Assembly: GCA_046290465.1 (NCBI GenBank)
Contig: JBKAGP010000001.1
Coordinates: 3,712,001 to 3,776,000, forward strand
Origin: Planctomycetota bacterium
Lineage (GTDB): Bacteria > Planctomycetota > UBA1135 > UBA2386
DNA: 64,000 nt
Reading direction: 5' to 3'
The notes below the pieces were generated by a model, which ran no database searches, was not told the DNA's origin, and saw only the letters and a program-made list of their open reading frames with translations. Made by a program: the position numbers and the translations under genes. Of the stretch, positions 10,095 through 19,697 are shown one piece after another. Each line of letters begins with the position of its first letter. Position 1 is the stretch's first letter.

Positions 10095-10531
10095 AAGCGG
10101 CAGAGGATCTTGACGCCCTTGGCCTTCTCGGCGTCCTCGATCTTCACGATGCCGAGCGCGCCTTCGTACTTGGCGACGTACTTCAGCACCATGCGCCCAG
10201 AACGGACGTCCTTGGGCGGGGTCGTGCCGTTGAGGTTCTTCATCTTCAGCCAGTGGCGCGCGAGCTCGGCATCGTCCATGCCGAGCACGTCCTTGCGGAA
10301 CGCGTCGAACGCCTCCCCCTTCTTGCGGCCGTAGGGCTTGGCGGCGTCGCCGTTGGGCCACTTCGACAGCTCCTTGAGGAACAGCTTCTTGACGGTGCTC
10401 TTGGCCTTGTCGCCCGTGTCCTTGCAGGCGTTCTTCTCGTTGACGACGACCGCGTAGGTCGCCTTGCCCTGCGAGGGCACCGCGACGGCGGCGGCCAGCA
10501 TCAGGGAGGTCAGGATGGCGAGTTGGAACAT
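10091..10531 (-). CDS. Small secreted protein, phosphate-ABC substrate-binding-like single domain
   Basis: Signal peptide; VVVNEKN...KLFL...W...YVAKYEGALG pattern; AGGAG RBS upstream. Confidence 0.75.
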   Translation of the reverse strand: MFQLAILTSLMLAAAVAVPSQGKATYAVVVNEKNACKDTGDKAKSTVKKLFLKELSKWPNGDAAKPYGRKKGEAFDAFRKDVLGMDDAELARHWLKMKNLNGTTPPKDVRSGRMVLKYVAKYEGALGIVKIEDAEKAKGVKILCRF

Positions 10532-10560
10532 GATGGGTTCTCCTTGGATCCTCTGGTCGA

Positions 10561-11790
10561 TCAGAAGCTGAGCGACCAGCTGAAGTTCGCGTACTGCACC
10601 GTGTCGTCCGTGTTCGGCAGGTTGTTGTGGTGCAGGTCGAGACGCAGGCGCACGTTCGGGTGCGGGTTGTAGGTCACGCCAAGCACGTGCTCGGTCGAGT
10701 GGCCGAGCGCGAGGATCGGCATGCCGGGGAAGAACACGTTCATGTCCGCGCCCGGGTCGTAGAAGTCGTAGCGGTAGGTGACGCCCCACTCCGAGTCGAC
10801 CCAGTAGGTCGCCTCGGCCGACAGCGCGCGCTGGTCGGTGACGCCGACGCCGTCCTCGGCGCTGTAGTAGGCCTCACCCTTGAACATGAAGTCGCCGGTG
10901 CGCCAGTCGACGTCGATGCCGCCGAACTGGTAGCCGCGCGTCAGGTTGAACGAGGCCGCGAACGGCGACTGCAGGATGCCGAAGTTGGTCGTCGGCGAGG
11001 TCGAGCCGGCGCGGGTGCCCTGGCCGAAGTTGGCGGCCACCGTCAGGCCGAGTTCGCCGAACGCGTAGCCGACGCGCACGCCACCGGAGCCGACGCCGGC
11101 CGAACTCGACCCGCTGCCGAAGTAGGCGTCGTACTCGATCCAGTCGCTGTCGCCGACCGTGTACTTGCCCGACGCCTTCAGGCCGTTGATGACCTGCGGG
11201 TAGAGCTGGTTGGCGAGGAAGATGCGGGTGTGCAGCGGGTTGGCCGCGATCGTGCGCGACGGGATGAAGTACTCCCGGTTCTGCACGCCGTGCGGCGTGC
11301 CGATGACGCCGCCCTGCAGGATCAGTCGGTCGCTCGGCTTCCACTCACCGTAGATGCGCGACACGAACAGGTTCTCGGTGCTCGACGTGTCCGCGATGAA
11401 CGTCGGATCGCCCGCCGTCGTCGGCGTCGCCGGGTTGTCCAGCAGCGCGCCGTTGAACGTGTAGAAGCCCGGCGCCGCGAACAGCGACCATTCGTCGTTG
11501 AGCTTGGCCTTCACGAACAGCTCGATCAGGCTGACCATGTGGCCGGTATCGCTCGACGACTCACCCTCGATGTGGGTGAACAGCGACGTGACGTGGCCGC
11601 CGAGGGTCAGCGACCCCGCGGAGAACGCGTTCACGACCGTGCCGGTGACCTTCTCCGAGGTCTCGAGCTGCTGCTCTTCGATCTCGTCGAGGCGCTCGTT
11701 GAGCTCCTCGATGGCCGACTTCCATTCCTGGGCCAAGGCTGCTGGCGCGAACGCGCACACGACGGCCAACGAAAGGGGGATTCTGCTCAT
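10561..11790 (-). CDS. Outer-membrane beta-barrel / porin-like protein
   Basis: Signal peptide, short coiled coil, amphipathic strands, C-terminal YANFSWSLSF with terminal Phe. Confidence 0.8.
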   Translation of the reverse strand: MSRIPLSLAVVCAFAPAALAQEWKSAIEELNERLDEIEEQQLETSEKVTGTVVNAFSAGSLTLGGHVTSLFTHIEGESSSDTGHMVSLIELFVKAKLNDEWSLFAAPGFYTFNGALLDNPATPTTAGDPTFIADTSSTENLFVSRIYGEWKPSDRLILQGGVIGTPHGVQNREYFIPSRTIAANPLHTRIFLANQLYPQVINGLKASGKYTVGDSDWIEYDAYFGSGSSSAGVGSGGVRVGYAFGELGLTVAANFGQGTRAGSTSPTTNFGILQSPFAASFNLTRGYQFGGIDVDWRTGDFMFKGEAYYSAEDGVGVTDQRALSAEATYWVDSEWGVTYRYDFYDPGADMNVFFPGMPILALGHSTEHVLGVTYNPHPNVRLRLDLHHNNLPNTDDTVQYANFSWSLSF

Positions 11791-11916
11791 GGTCGTTTTC
11801 CTGGGGGGAACGAGTAGTGGCACGCGCCACCTCTCCGGCGCCTGCTGGATTCCCCCATCGAAACGATGGCAAGGCGGCTTGAGCAGAATGCCGCCGTAGC
11901 GCAATGACGCGCCGGC

Positions 11917-12708
11917 TCAGACGACCGTCAGTGGGTCGCGATCTCCCTTCGCCACACGCACTTGCAGCGCCTTGCCGAACTCGGCGGTGAGCCGCTTGCC
12001 GAGCAGGCGGAGGAACCCGCGCTCGGTGTTGCTGTGACCGGCGAGGATGACGGATGTCCCTGAGGCCACCGCCGCGAGCGCGTCGTGGTGCGACATCTCG
12101 CCGGTGACGTAGACGTCCGCTTGCACCCCGCGCAGCACCCCGCTGCCGGCGCCGGCCGCGACCGCGATCGACCGCACCTTGCCGGGCGGCTTCGCCGGGC
12201 GCGCGACCTGCAGGTGCTCGACGCCGAACTGCTCCTTGAGCCGTTCGACCAGCGCCGACCAGGAGATCGCCTTCGACAGCTCGGCGAGGCGGCCGTAGCC
12301 GTCCCCGACCGCGTGCACGGCTTCGGGGACGGTGTCGCCGAGCGCGCCTTCGATCAGCCAGTCGGCCAGGCCCGCGGGCGCCGCGTCGAGCGCGGTGTGC
12401 GGCGAGTAGACCGAGAACCCGGCCAGCAGCGCTCGCACGACGCGGCGCTGCGTGGCGTCGGCGGCGTCGAGCTTCGCCATCGGCTTGAAGATCGGCGGAT
12501 GGTACGAGAGCACCAGGTCAGCGCCGAACGCCTCCGCCTCGGCGACCACCGCCTCGGTCAGGTCGATCGTCAGCAGGCACTTGCCGATCTGGTCGCGGCC
12601 GACGTCGGAACGCAGCAGCAGGCCGACGTTGTCCCACTCGGCGGCGAGCTCGAGCGGCGCGATCTCGTGGAGCAGGTCGAGGACTTCGGCGAGGGTCGGT
12701 GCGGCCAT
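11917..12708 (-). CDS. Nif3-like dinuclear metal centre protein
   Basis: WDNVGLL, YHPPIF, HTALD, TGEMSHH and GHSNTER motifs. Confidence 0.95.
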   Translation of the reverse strand: MAAPTLAEVLDLLHEIAPLELAAEWDNVGLLLRSDVGRDQIGKCLLTIDLTEAVVAEAEAFGADLVLSYHPPIFKPMAKLDAADATQRRVVRALLAGFSVYSPHTALDAAPAGLADWLIEGALGDTVPEAVHAVGDGYGRLAELSKAISWSALVERLKEQFGVEHLQVARPAKPPGKVRSIAVAAGAGSGVLRGVQADVYVTGEMSHHDALAAVASGTSVILAGHSNTERGFLRLLGKRLTAEFGKALQVRVAKGDRDPLTVV

Positions 12709-12710
12709 GA

Positions 12711-13961
12711 TCAGGAGGCGCCGGCGCTGACGACGGTCAGGCGGTCGGGGTGCAGGTGGCGTTCGGCGACCTCGCGCACATCCTCGACCGAGATCGACCG
12801 CACCAGGTCCGGGTAGCGCTCGACGAAGTCGAAGCCGAGGTCGAAGCGCCGTGCGCGGATCGCGTAGGCGGCGAGGTTGCTGTTCCGTTCGAGGGCGAAC
12901 ACGAAGCTGCCGGTCAGGTAGTCCTTGACGTCCTGTAGTTCGCTCTCGCTCGGCGGCTCCTCGCGGATCCGGCGGATCTCGGCGAGGAACCCGTCGACGG
13001 CCTTCTCGCGGTTCACCGGCTGGGTGCCGATGTAGGCGGTGAAGGTGCCGGGTTCCTCACCGGCGCTGCCGGCGATGCCGGCGCTGACCGCGTAGCAGAG
13101 GCCCATCTCGTCGCGCAGCTTGCGCGAGCACCGCGACGTGAAGCCGGGGCCCGAGCCGAGGATGTGGTCCATCACCGACAGCTTGTAGAAGTCGGGGTCG
13201 GTGCGGCGCACACCCTTGTGCCCGAGGAACACGTGCACCTGCTCGCGCGCCATCGGGATGTGTTCGTCGCTGGCCTTGCCGAGCTCGACCTCGGGGAACG
13301 GCGCGTGCTCCGGCGCCTTGCCGCGCAGCCCGCGGAATGCGCGCTCGAGGCGGTCGAGCATCTCGTCGGACTCGAACGGACCGGACGCCGCGATGTAGCC
13401 GCCGGCCGGACGGAACCAGGTATCGTGGTAGTCGCGCAGGTGCTTGGGCTTGATCGCGGCGACGCTGTCGAGCGTGCCCTGCATCGCACGGCCGAGCACG
13501 TGCTTGCCGTAGATCCGGCTGCGGAACCGGCGCGCCGCGACGGTGCGCGGGTCGTCGAGTTCGGCCTGCATCTCGGTCAGCACCTCGGACTGCACGCGAC
13601 GCACCTCGCGACCGGGAAAGCTCGGCTCGAGCACCAGCTGGCGCAGCAGGTCGGTGGCCTTCTTCTGCGACGGCGCCGGACAGACCAGCGCACCGCCGCG
13701 GTGGTTGCCTTCGAGCACCGCGCCGAGTTCTTCGGCCGCCGCCGACAGGCCGAGCGCGTCGTAGCGCGCGGTGCCCTCGTCGAGGCACTCGCCGACCATG
13801 TTGGCGACGCCGGGCAGCTTCGGGGGATCGTCGGCGACGCGGGTGTCGAGGGACACCGCGCACGCGAACGTCTGCACGCCGGGGTTGTGCACCGCCAGCA
13901 GCGTCAGCCCGTTCTTGAGCTTGCGCTCGCCGATGGAGAGACGAATGGCCTGCTTGCTCAC
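12711..13961 (-). CDS. M16 family peptidase, non-catalytic subunit
   Basis: M16 fold motifs (LRDEMGLCY) but no HxxEH (NMVGE). Confidence 0.9.
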   Translation of the reverse strand: MSKQAIRLSIGERKLKNGLTLLAVHNPGVQTFACAVSLDTRVADDPPKLPGVANMVGECLDEGTARYDALGLSAAAEELGAVLEGNHRGGALVCPAPSQKKATDLLRQLVLEPSFPGREVRRVQSEVLTEMQAELDDPRTVAARRFRSRIYGKHVLGRAMQGTLDSVAAIKPKHLRDYHDTWFRPAGGYIAASGPFESDEMLDRLERAFRGLRGKAPEHAPFPEVELGKASDEHIPMAREQVHVFLGHKGVRRTDPDFYKLSVMDHILGSGPGFTSRCSRKLRDEMGLCYAVSAGIAGSAGEEPGTFTAYIGTQPVNREKAVDGFLAEIRRIREEPPSESELQDVKDYLTGSFVFALERNSNLAAYAIRARRFDLGFDFVERYPDLVRSISVEDVREVAERHLHPDRLTVVSAGAS

Positions 13962-15457
13962 GACTTCCTGCGCCCCGCCTTGGCCTTCTTCGCGGCCTTC
14001 TTGACCGTCTTGGTGGTCGACTTGTTGGCGACCGACTTGCGGGTCGCAACCTTTTTCGAGGTGCCCTTCCGGGTGACCCGCTTGGCCGCGCCCTTCTTGC
14101 CGGGCGCCTTCCTTCCGGTCGCCTTCTTGCCGGGCGCCTTCTTGCCGGGCGCCTTCTTCGCCGGACGGCGCGCGGCCGGCCCGGCCTCGCCGGGCCCGCC
14201 CATCGGCACCGCCCAGGCGATCGACGCGCGGTCGAACCGGAAGAACTTCGCCGCCACCTCACGCAGCTCGTCGTTGGCCATCGACTCGTAGGTCGGCAGC
14301 ACGTCGCCGAGCGTCCGGTAGCCGTCGGGCGTGCCGGCCTCGAAGCGAGCCAGCTTCATCGCGAGGTCGTGCGCCGTCTCGTCCTGGAACAGGAACGACG
14401 ACTCGATCTGCGTGCGGATGCGGCGCAGGTCGCGCGCCTTGATGCCGTCGGCGATCAGGCCGGCGAACTCCTCGCGGATCGCGCGCTCGACCTTGTCGGG
14501 GTTCTTGCCCGGGTGCAGCTCGCACATGACGAAGAAGCCGCCCGGATCCTGGCGCACTTCGTTCAACGCCATCACCTCCGAACAGAGCCGGTCGTCGAGC
14601 ACCAGCCGGCGGTAGAGACGGCTGTTCTTGCTGTTGCCGAGCTCCATCGCCAGCAGGTCCAACGCGTAGTCGTCGCGCTCGCCCATGCGGCAGGTCGGGA
14701 ACCCGAGGCACAGGCGGGTGACGCTGTGCGGGCTCTGGATGGTGACGCGACGTTCGCCAGCCGGCTCCGGTTCGCGGATCGCCACGGCGCGGTCGGCGAC
14801 CCGCGGCATGTCGCCGAACAGCTGCTCGATGCGTTGGCGCGTGCGCTTGCGGTCGATCGCGCCGACGACCGTCAGGCAGGCCCGGTTGGGGCCGTAGTGC
14901 CGTTCGTAGTAGTCGCGCATGCCGCCAACCGACAGCCGCTCGAGCTCCTCGCGGTAGCCGATGATCGGGTGGTGGTACGGGTGCACCTGGAACATCGTCG
15001 CCTCGACCGCCTGGTAGAGCGGCCGCCACGGCTCGTCCTCGCCCATCGCCAGCTCTTCGAGCACGACGCCCTTCTCGCTCTGGAACTCGGCCGGGTCGAG
15101 CAGGCAGTCGCGCATCCGGCTCGCCTCGATCTCGAGCGCCGTCTCCCAGCGATCCGACGCCAGCGAGAAGTAGTAGGCGGTGCTGTCGGTGTCGGTGAAG
15201 GCGTTGTTGCTGCCGCCCATCTTGCTGGTCTGCAGGTCGATCTGCCCCTTCCCGAACTTGTCGGTGCCCTTGAACATCATGTGTTCGAGGAAGTGGGACA
15301 CGCCGGTCTCGCCGGTCCGCTCGTCGCGCGAGCCGACCTGGTACCAACAGACCGAGGTGACGACCGGCAGCGGCCCTCGCTCGACCAGCAACGCGCGGAA
15401 GCCGTTGTCGAGTTCGACGACGTCGACGTCCGGCAACATCTGGATGTCCAATTTCAT
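13958..15457 (-). CDS. M16 family zinc peptidase, catalytic subunit with Lys/Ala-rich C-terminal tail
   Basis: HFLEHMMFKGT, NAFT and HPYHHPIIG motifs; about 75-aa KKAPG-type tail. Confidence 0.93.
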   Translation of the reverse strand: MKLDIQMLPDVDVVELDNGFRALLVERGPLPVVTSVCWYQVGSRDERTGETGVSHFLEHMMFKGTDKFGKGQIDLQTSKMGGSNNAFTDTDSTAYYFSLASDRWETALEIEASRMRDCLLDPAEFQSEKGVVLEELAMGEDEPWRPLYQAVEATMFQVHPYHHPIIGYREELERLSVGGMRDYYERHYGPNRACLTVVGAIDRKRTRQRIEQLFGDMPRVADRAVAIREPEPAGERRVTIQSPHSVTRLCLGFPTCRMGERDDYALDLLAMELGNSKNSRLYRRLVLDDRLCSEVMALNEVRQDPGGFFVMCELHPGKNPDKVERAIREEFAGLIADGIKARDLRRIRTQIESSFLFQDETAHDLAMKLARFEAGTPDGYRTLGDVLPTYESMANDELREVAAKFFRFDRASIAWAVPMGGPGEAGPAARRPAKKAPGKKAPGKKATGRKAPGKKGAAKRVTRKGTSKKVATRKSVANKSTTKTVKKAAKKAKAGRRKS

Positions 15458-15465
15458 CGGCGCAG

Positions 15466-16701
15466 CTATCTACGGCGGGTGGTCCTGGTGGCCCTGCGGC
15501 GGCTCGCCGGCTTCGGCGGCAGCGGCTTGCGGCCCGCCTTGGCGAACTTGCGGGTCTTGTTGCGGGCGGTCGGCTTCGGCTCCGGCGGCGCATCGTCGAA
15601 GACGTCCTCGCTGCGCGCGAGTTCGCGCAGCCGCGCCACCTCGTCGAGCTGCAGGAAGCGCCAGTCGCCGTCGCCGAGACCGTGCAGCGTCAGGTTGCCG
15701 ATGCGCACGCGCTTCAGTGAAGCGACCGGATAGCCGAGCTTGGCGAACACGCGGCGGATCTCGCGGTTCTTGCCCTCGCGCAGCGTCACCTTGAGGTAGG
15801 TGCGGTCCTTGGTCATGCGGTCGACCTTGAGCTGCATGCCGCCGGTCGGGCCTTCGGACAGCCAGACGCCGCCGCGCGCCTTGTCGAGGTGGCCGTCCTC
15901 GATGCGGCCGCGCACGATCACCGAGTAGAGCTTGCCGATGCCGTAGCTCGGGTGCGTCATCTCCTGCGCGAAGGCGCCGTCGTTGGTCACCAGCAGCAGG
16001 CCCTCGGAGTCCATGTCGAGGCGACCGACCGTGAACACGCGACCGCGGATCGTCGGCAGCAGGTCGACCACGCGCTTCTTCTGCTCGTGCGCCGCGTTGG
16101 TGCAGACGACGCCCTTGGGCTTGTTGAGCAGCACGTAGACGGCCTTCTCCGGCTGCAGGCGCGTGCCGTCGAAGCGCACATCGTCGGCCAGCGGATCGAC
16201 GCGCACGCCGAGTTCGGTGACGACCTCGCCGTTGAGCTCGACGCGTCCGGTCGCGATCAGTTCGTCGGCGTTGCGGCGGCTGCAGACGCCGGCCTTGGCC
16301 AGGAAGTGGTTGAGCCGCACCTTGCCGTCGGCGGTCCGGCTCTCGCCATCGAACACGCTGCTCTTCTTGACGATCAGGCCTTCGGCGCGGCGCGCGCTGC
16401 CGCGCACCGGCGCGCGCTTGCCCGTCTTCTTCCGGGCCGTGCGGACCTCGGCAGCGCGCTCCATCGCGCGCGTCAGCTTGGTGCTGACCCGCTTCTGCGC
16501 CTTGCGCTTGGGTGCCCCGTCGTCGTCGTCGGCCTTGCGGCCGAGCTTCGCGAACGGCTTCTTCGCGACCTTCTTGCCCGCACGCGGCTTCTTGCCGCCA
16601 GCGGGTTTGCCAGCGGGTTTGCCAGCAGGCTTGTCGGTCGACGCCTTGCCCGCCCGGCTGAATCGTTGGCCGGGCTTCCTGTCTTCGTGTCGCTTCGCCA
16701 T
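15466..16701 (-). CDS. rluB: rRNA pseudouridine synthase (RluB/RsuA family) with basic N-terminal extension
   Basis: S4 domain RLNHFLAKAGVCSRR; catalytic VGRLD; EGKNREIRR; start overlaps upstream TGA (TGATG). Confidence 0.9.
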   Translation of the reverse strand: MAKRHEDRKPGQRFSRAGKASTDKPAGKPAGKPAGGKKPRAGKKVAKKPFAKLGRKADDDDGAPKRKAQKRVSTKLTRAMERAAEVRTARKKTGKRAPVRGSARRAEGLIVKKSSVFDGESRTADGKVRLNHFLAKAGVCSRRNADELIATGRVELNGEVVTELGVRVDPLADDVRFDGTRLQPEKAVYVLLNKPKGVVCTNAAHEQKKRVVDLLPTIRGRVFTVGRLDMDSEGLLLVTNDGAFAQEMTHPSYGIGKLYSVIVRGRIEDGHLDKARGGVWLSEGPTGGMQLKVDRMTKDRTYLKVTLREGKNREIRRVFAKLGYPVASLKRVRIGNLTLHGLGDGDWRFLQLDEVARLRELARSEDVFDDAPPEPKPTARNKTRKFAKAGRKPLPPKPASRRRATRTTRRR

Positions 16702-17657
16702 CAGCGTGTTCCGGGATCGCAGACGACGAAGTCGATCGGCCCATCCGGCTCGATCGCCACCATCGGCGTGCTTGCGGGCACCAACGCCGTGTCGGCGCGG
16801 CCCAGGTGCAGCGAACCTTCGCCCTGCCCGTGCCCCCACTGCAGGCGACCGCGGCCCGCGAGGCACGTCACCGTCAGGTAGCGGGCGTTGGTCTGCAGTT
16901 CGACGCGGTGCGCCACCTCGTAGCGTCGCACGACGAAGTGTTCGGTCGCGAGCAGCAGTTCGCCGCCGTCCGGCAGCGATGTCGAGCGCTGCACCGGCGG
17001 GTGCTCGTTGACCACCATGTTGACGACGCCGCGGGCATCGTCTGCGTGCGTCTCGCGACCGCGCCCCCAGTCGTAGAACCGGTAGGTCTGGTCGCTGTTC
17101 TCCTGCACCTCAAACGCGACCACGCCCGGCCCGATGCCGTGCGGCGTGCCCGGCGGGATGTGCACCAGATCGCCGACCTCGGGACGGAACGAGTAGAGCA
17201 TCGACTCGACCTCGGGCGTCTGCCAGCGGGCGAGGAACTCGTCGCGATCGACGCCGCTCCTGACGCCGTGCACGATGCGCGCGTTGTCGGCCACGTCGAG
17301 GATCAGGCAGCACTCGTTCTTGCCCATGTCGCCGTGCGCCTGGCGGTCGTCCGGGTGGACCTGCAGCGACAGGCCGTCGTGCGCGTCGAGGAACTTGAGC
17401 ATCAGCGGAAAGCTGCCGTCGTGGCCGAGGCGCACGCCGCGACCGACCAGCTGCTCGGGGTGCTTGCGCATCAGCTCGGCGAGCGTCGTCGTGCTGCCGC
17501 GCACGCCCGACGAGCCGTCGGGACGATCGAACAGCTCCCACGACTCGCCGATCGGCTCGCCGTCCGCCGGCACCTCGATCCCGAGCGTGTCCCGCAGCGC
17601 CCTTCCGCCCCAGACCTTGGGCAGCAGCCGGCGCTCCAGCAGGAATGGCTCTAGCAC
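16701..17657 (-). CDS. manA: Mannose-6-phosphate isomerase, type I
   Basis: KVWGG, GESWE, LSLQVHP, K-E-C, PGTPHGIG and EVQENSD motifs; GTG start inferred. Confidence 0.9.
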   Translation of the reverse strand: MLEPFLLERRLLPKVWGGRALRDTLGIEVPADGEPIGESWELFDRPDGSSGVRGSTTTLAELMRKHPEQLVGRGVRLGHDGSFPLMLKFLDAHDGLSLQVHPDDRQAHGDMGKNECCLILDVADNARIVHGVRSGVDRDEFLARWQTPEVESMLYSFRPEVGDLVHIPPGTPHGIGPGVVAFEVQENSDQTYRFYDWGRGRETHADDARGVVNMVVNEHPPVQRSTSLPDGGELLLATEHFVVRRYEVAHRVELQTNARYLTVTCLAGRGRLQWGHGQGEGSLHLGRADTALVPASTPMVAIEPDGPIDFVVCDPGTR

Positions 17658-17776
17658 TTGTGGGCTCGTGGTCGGTCTACAGGACGTTTCCAAGTGCGAG
17701 CAGTGTAGCGGCTGCCGGCGACGTGCCCACATGGCAAAACGTCGCTTCCCGCCGGAAACGGCGACATGATGTCGCG

Positions 17777-19447
17777 GTGAACAAGCCGAGCAGGTTTCCG
17801 CATTCGCTGGTCCTGATCTTCGCGATGGTCGTCCTCGCGCAGCTCATGACCTACGTGCTGCCGAAGGGCAAGTTCGAGATGGAGCCGCGACCCGACCGCG
17901 GCGAGCCGTTCGTCGAGAGCACCGAGGTCGGCGTCGCGCCGCTGCGGCAGCGACTGGCGGCAGCGCGCGCCGCACGCGGCCTCGACGAGGAGCAGCTGGC
18001 CGAGGTCTTCCACGTCACCGAGAAGACCGTGCTGGGCTGGGAGGCCGGGCCGCTCGCCGATGGCGAGGCGTGGCGCGTCGGTTCGCAGATCGAGGCCAAC
18101 GTCGGCGCGCTGCTCGATCGCTGGGTGCGCGACGGCACCGAGCCGACCGTCGCGGAGATCGAGGCCTGGAAGACCACGGTCGGCGACAACCATCCGACGG
18201 TCGTCGGCGGCACCTACCGCGAGATCGAGGGCGGCGAGGGCCTGCCGTGGCACGCGGCGCTGACCAAGCTGCCGCAAGGCCTGTTCAAGGCGAACGAGAT
18301 CATCTTCTTCGTGTTCGTGGTCGGCGGCGTGATCGGCATCCTGCGCGCGACCGGCGCCATCGACGCGCTGATCGGGCGCGCGATCGGCAGGCTGTCGCAC
18401 CAGCCGGTGCTGCTGATCGCCGGCATGACGGTGCTGTTCGCGATCGGCTCGTCGACGATCGGCATGGCCGAGGAGTACATGCCGTTCATCCCGCTGCTGG
18501 TGACCCTGAGCCTGGCGCTCAAGCTCGACGCGATCGTCGCGCTGGGCATCGTCTACATCGGCGCGGGCGTCGGCTACGGCTGCGCGGCGCTCAACCCGTT
18601 CACGGTGCTGGTGGCCCAGGAGGTCGCCGGCGTCGAGCCGACCTCGGGCATGCTGTTCCGCATCGTGTTCATGATCGCGGCGACCGCCGTCGGCGTGCTG
18701 CACATCATGCGCTACGCGCGGCGCATCGCCGCCGACCCGAGCCGCAGCCTGGTGCGCGACATCGACTACTCCAAGGGCTTCGAGGCGCCGACCGACGTCG
18801 CGTTGACGCCGGGACGGGTGCTGGTGCTGCTGTCGTTCCTGGCGGCGATCGGGCTGATCGTCTACGGCGTCGGCAAGCATGAATGGTGGTTCGACATGCT
18901 GATGGCCGTGTTCCTCGGCCTCGGCATCCTGGCGACGCTGTTCGGCCGCCTGTCGCCGAACGAGGCGGCCAACAAGTTCTGCGAGGGCGCTGCGGAGATG
19001 ACCACGACGGCGCTGCTGATCGGCGTCGCGCGGACCATCGAGGTGGTGCTCGACGACGGCATGGTGATCCACACGATCATCGACGGCGTCGCCACGTCGA
19101 TCGACGGCGCCGGCTCCTACGCCGCGTCGCTCGGCATGCTGGCGCTGCAGAGCCTGGCCAACCTGTTCATCCCTTCGGGCTCGGGACAGGCCTACGTGAC
19201 GATGCCGATCATGGCGCCGCTGTCGGACCTGTGCGGCGTCGAGCGCCAGACCGCGGTGCTCGCTTACCAGATCGGCGACGGCTTCATGAACATGGTCGTT
19301 CCGACCAACGGCCTGCTGATGGGCATGCTCGCGCTCGGCCGCGTGCCCTACGGACGCTGGCTGCGCTTCATCGTGCCCCTGATGATCCAGCTCTACCTCC
19401 TGGCCGCCATCGCGATGCTGTTCGCCTGGCTCCTCGACTACAAGTAA
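17777..19447 (+). CDS. YfcC family (basic amino acid/C4-dicarboxylate) transporter with inserted XRE-like HTH
   Basis: FPHSLVLIF, GMAEE, NPFTV, PSGSGQA and AYQIGDG motifs; extra about 100 aa in the first loop. Confidence 0.9.
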   Translation: MNKPSRFPHSLVLIFAMVVLAQLMTYVLPKGKFEMEPRPDRGEPFVESTEVGVAPLRQRLAAARAARGLDEEQLAEVFHVTEKTVLGWEAGPLADGEAWRVGSQIEANVGALLDRWVRDGTEPTVAEIEAWKTTVGDNHPTVVGGTYREIEGGEGLPWHAALTKLPQGLFKANEIIFFVFVVGGVIGILRATGAIDALIGRAIGRLSHQPVLLIAGMTVLFAIGSSTIGMAEEYMPFIPLLVTLSLALKLDAIVALGIVYIGAGVGYGCAALNPFTVLVAQEVAGVEPTSGMLFRIVFMIAATAVGVLHIMRYARRIAADPSRSLVRDIDYSKGFEAPTDVALTPGRVLVLLSFLAAIGLIVYGVGKHEWWFDMLMAVFLGLGILATLFGRLSPNEAANKFCEGAAEMTTTALLIGVARTIEVVLDDGMVIHTIIDGVATSIDGAGSYAASLGMLALQSLANLFIPSGSGQAYVTMPIMAPLSDLCGVERQTAVLAYQIGDGFMNMVVPTNGLLMGMLALGRVPYGRWLRFIVPLMIQLYLLAAIAMLFAWLLDYK

Positions 19448-19458
19448 CGCCCCAAACC

Positions 19459-19697
19459 CCGCATACCGAACCTGGTTCATCCTGCGCCACTTGCCCGCCG
19501 TTCGGCGGCCCCGCGCAGGCGTTCGCCAACGCGCCAGAGTTGCAGGTCGAACCGCGTACCGTACGGCAAGGTGCCGCATACCGAACCGGGTTCATCCTGC
19601 GCCACTTGGAGCCGTTCGGCGGGCTCCCGACTCAGGCGTGCACGTTCGCGAACGCGCGAAAGTTGGAGGATGAACCGCGTACCGTACGGCAACTTTT
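19459..19697. repeat. Repeat family A composite: two tandem ~115-120 bp units (BIME/REPIN-like)
   Basis: Each unit has GCATACCGAACCnGGTTCATCCTGCGCCACTTG left and an inverted GAACCGCGTACCGTACGGCAA right; lies between convergent genes. Confidence 0.88.

Noticed and set aside
19459..19697. CRISPR array
   Set aside because: Only two units, the intervening sequences are similar to each other, copies are dispersed and no cas genes are visible
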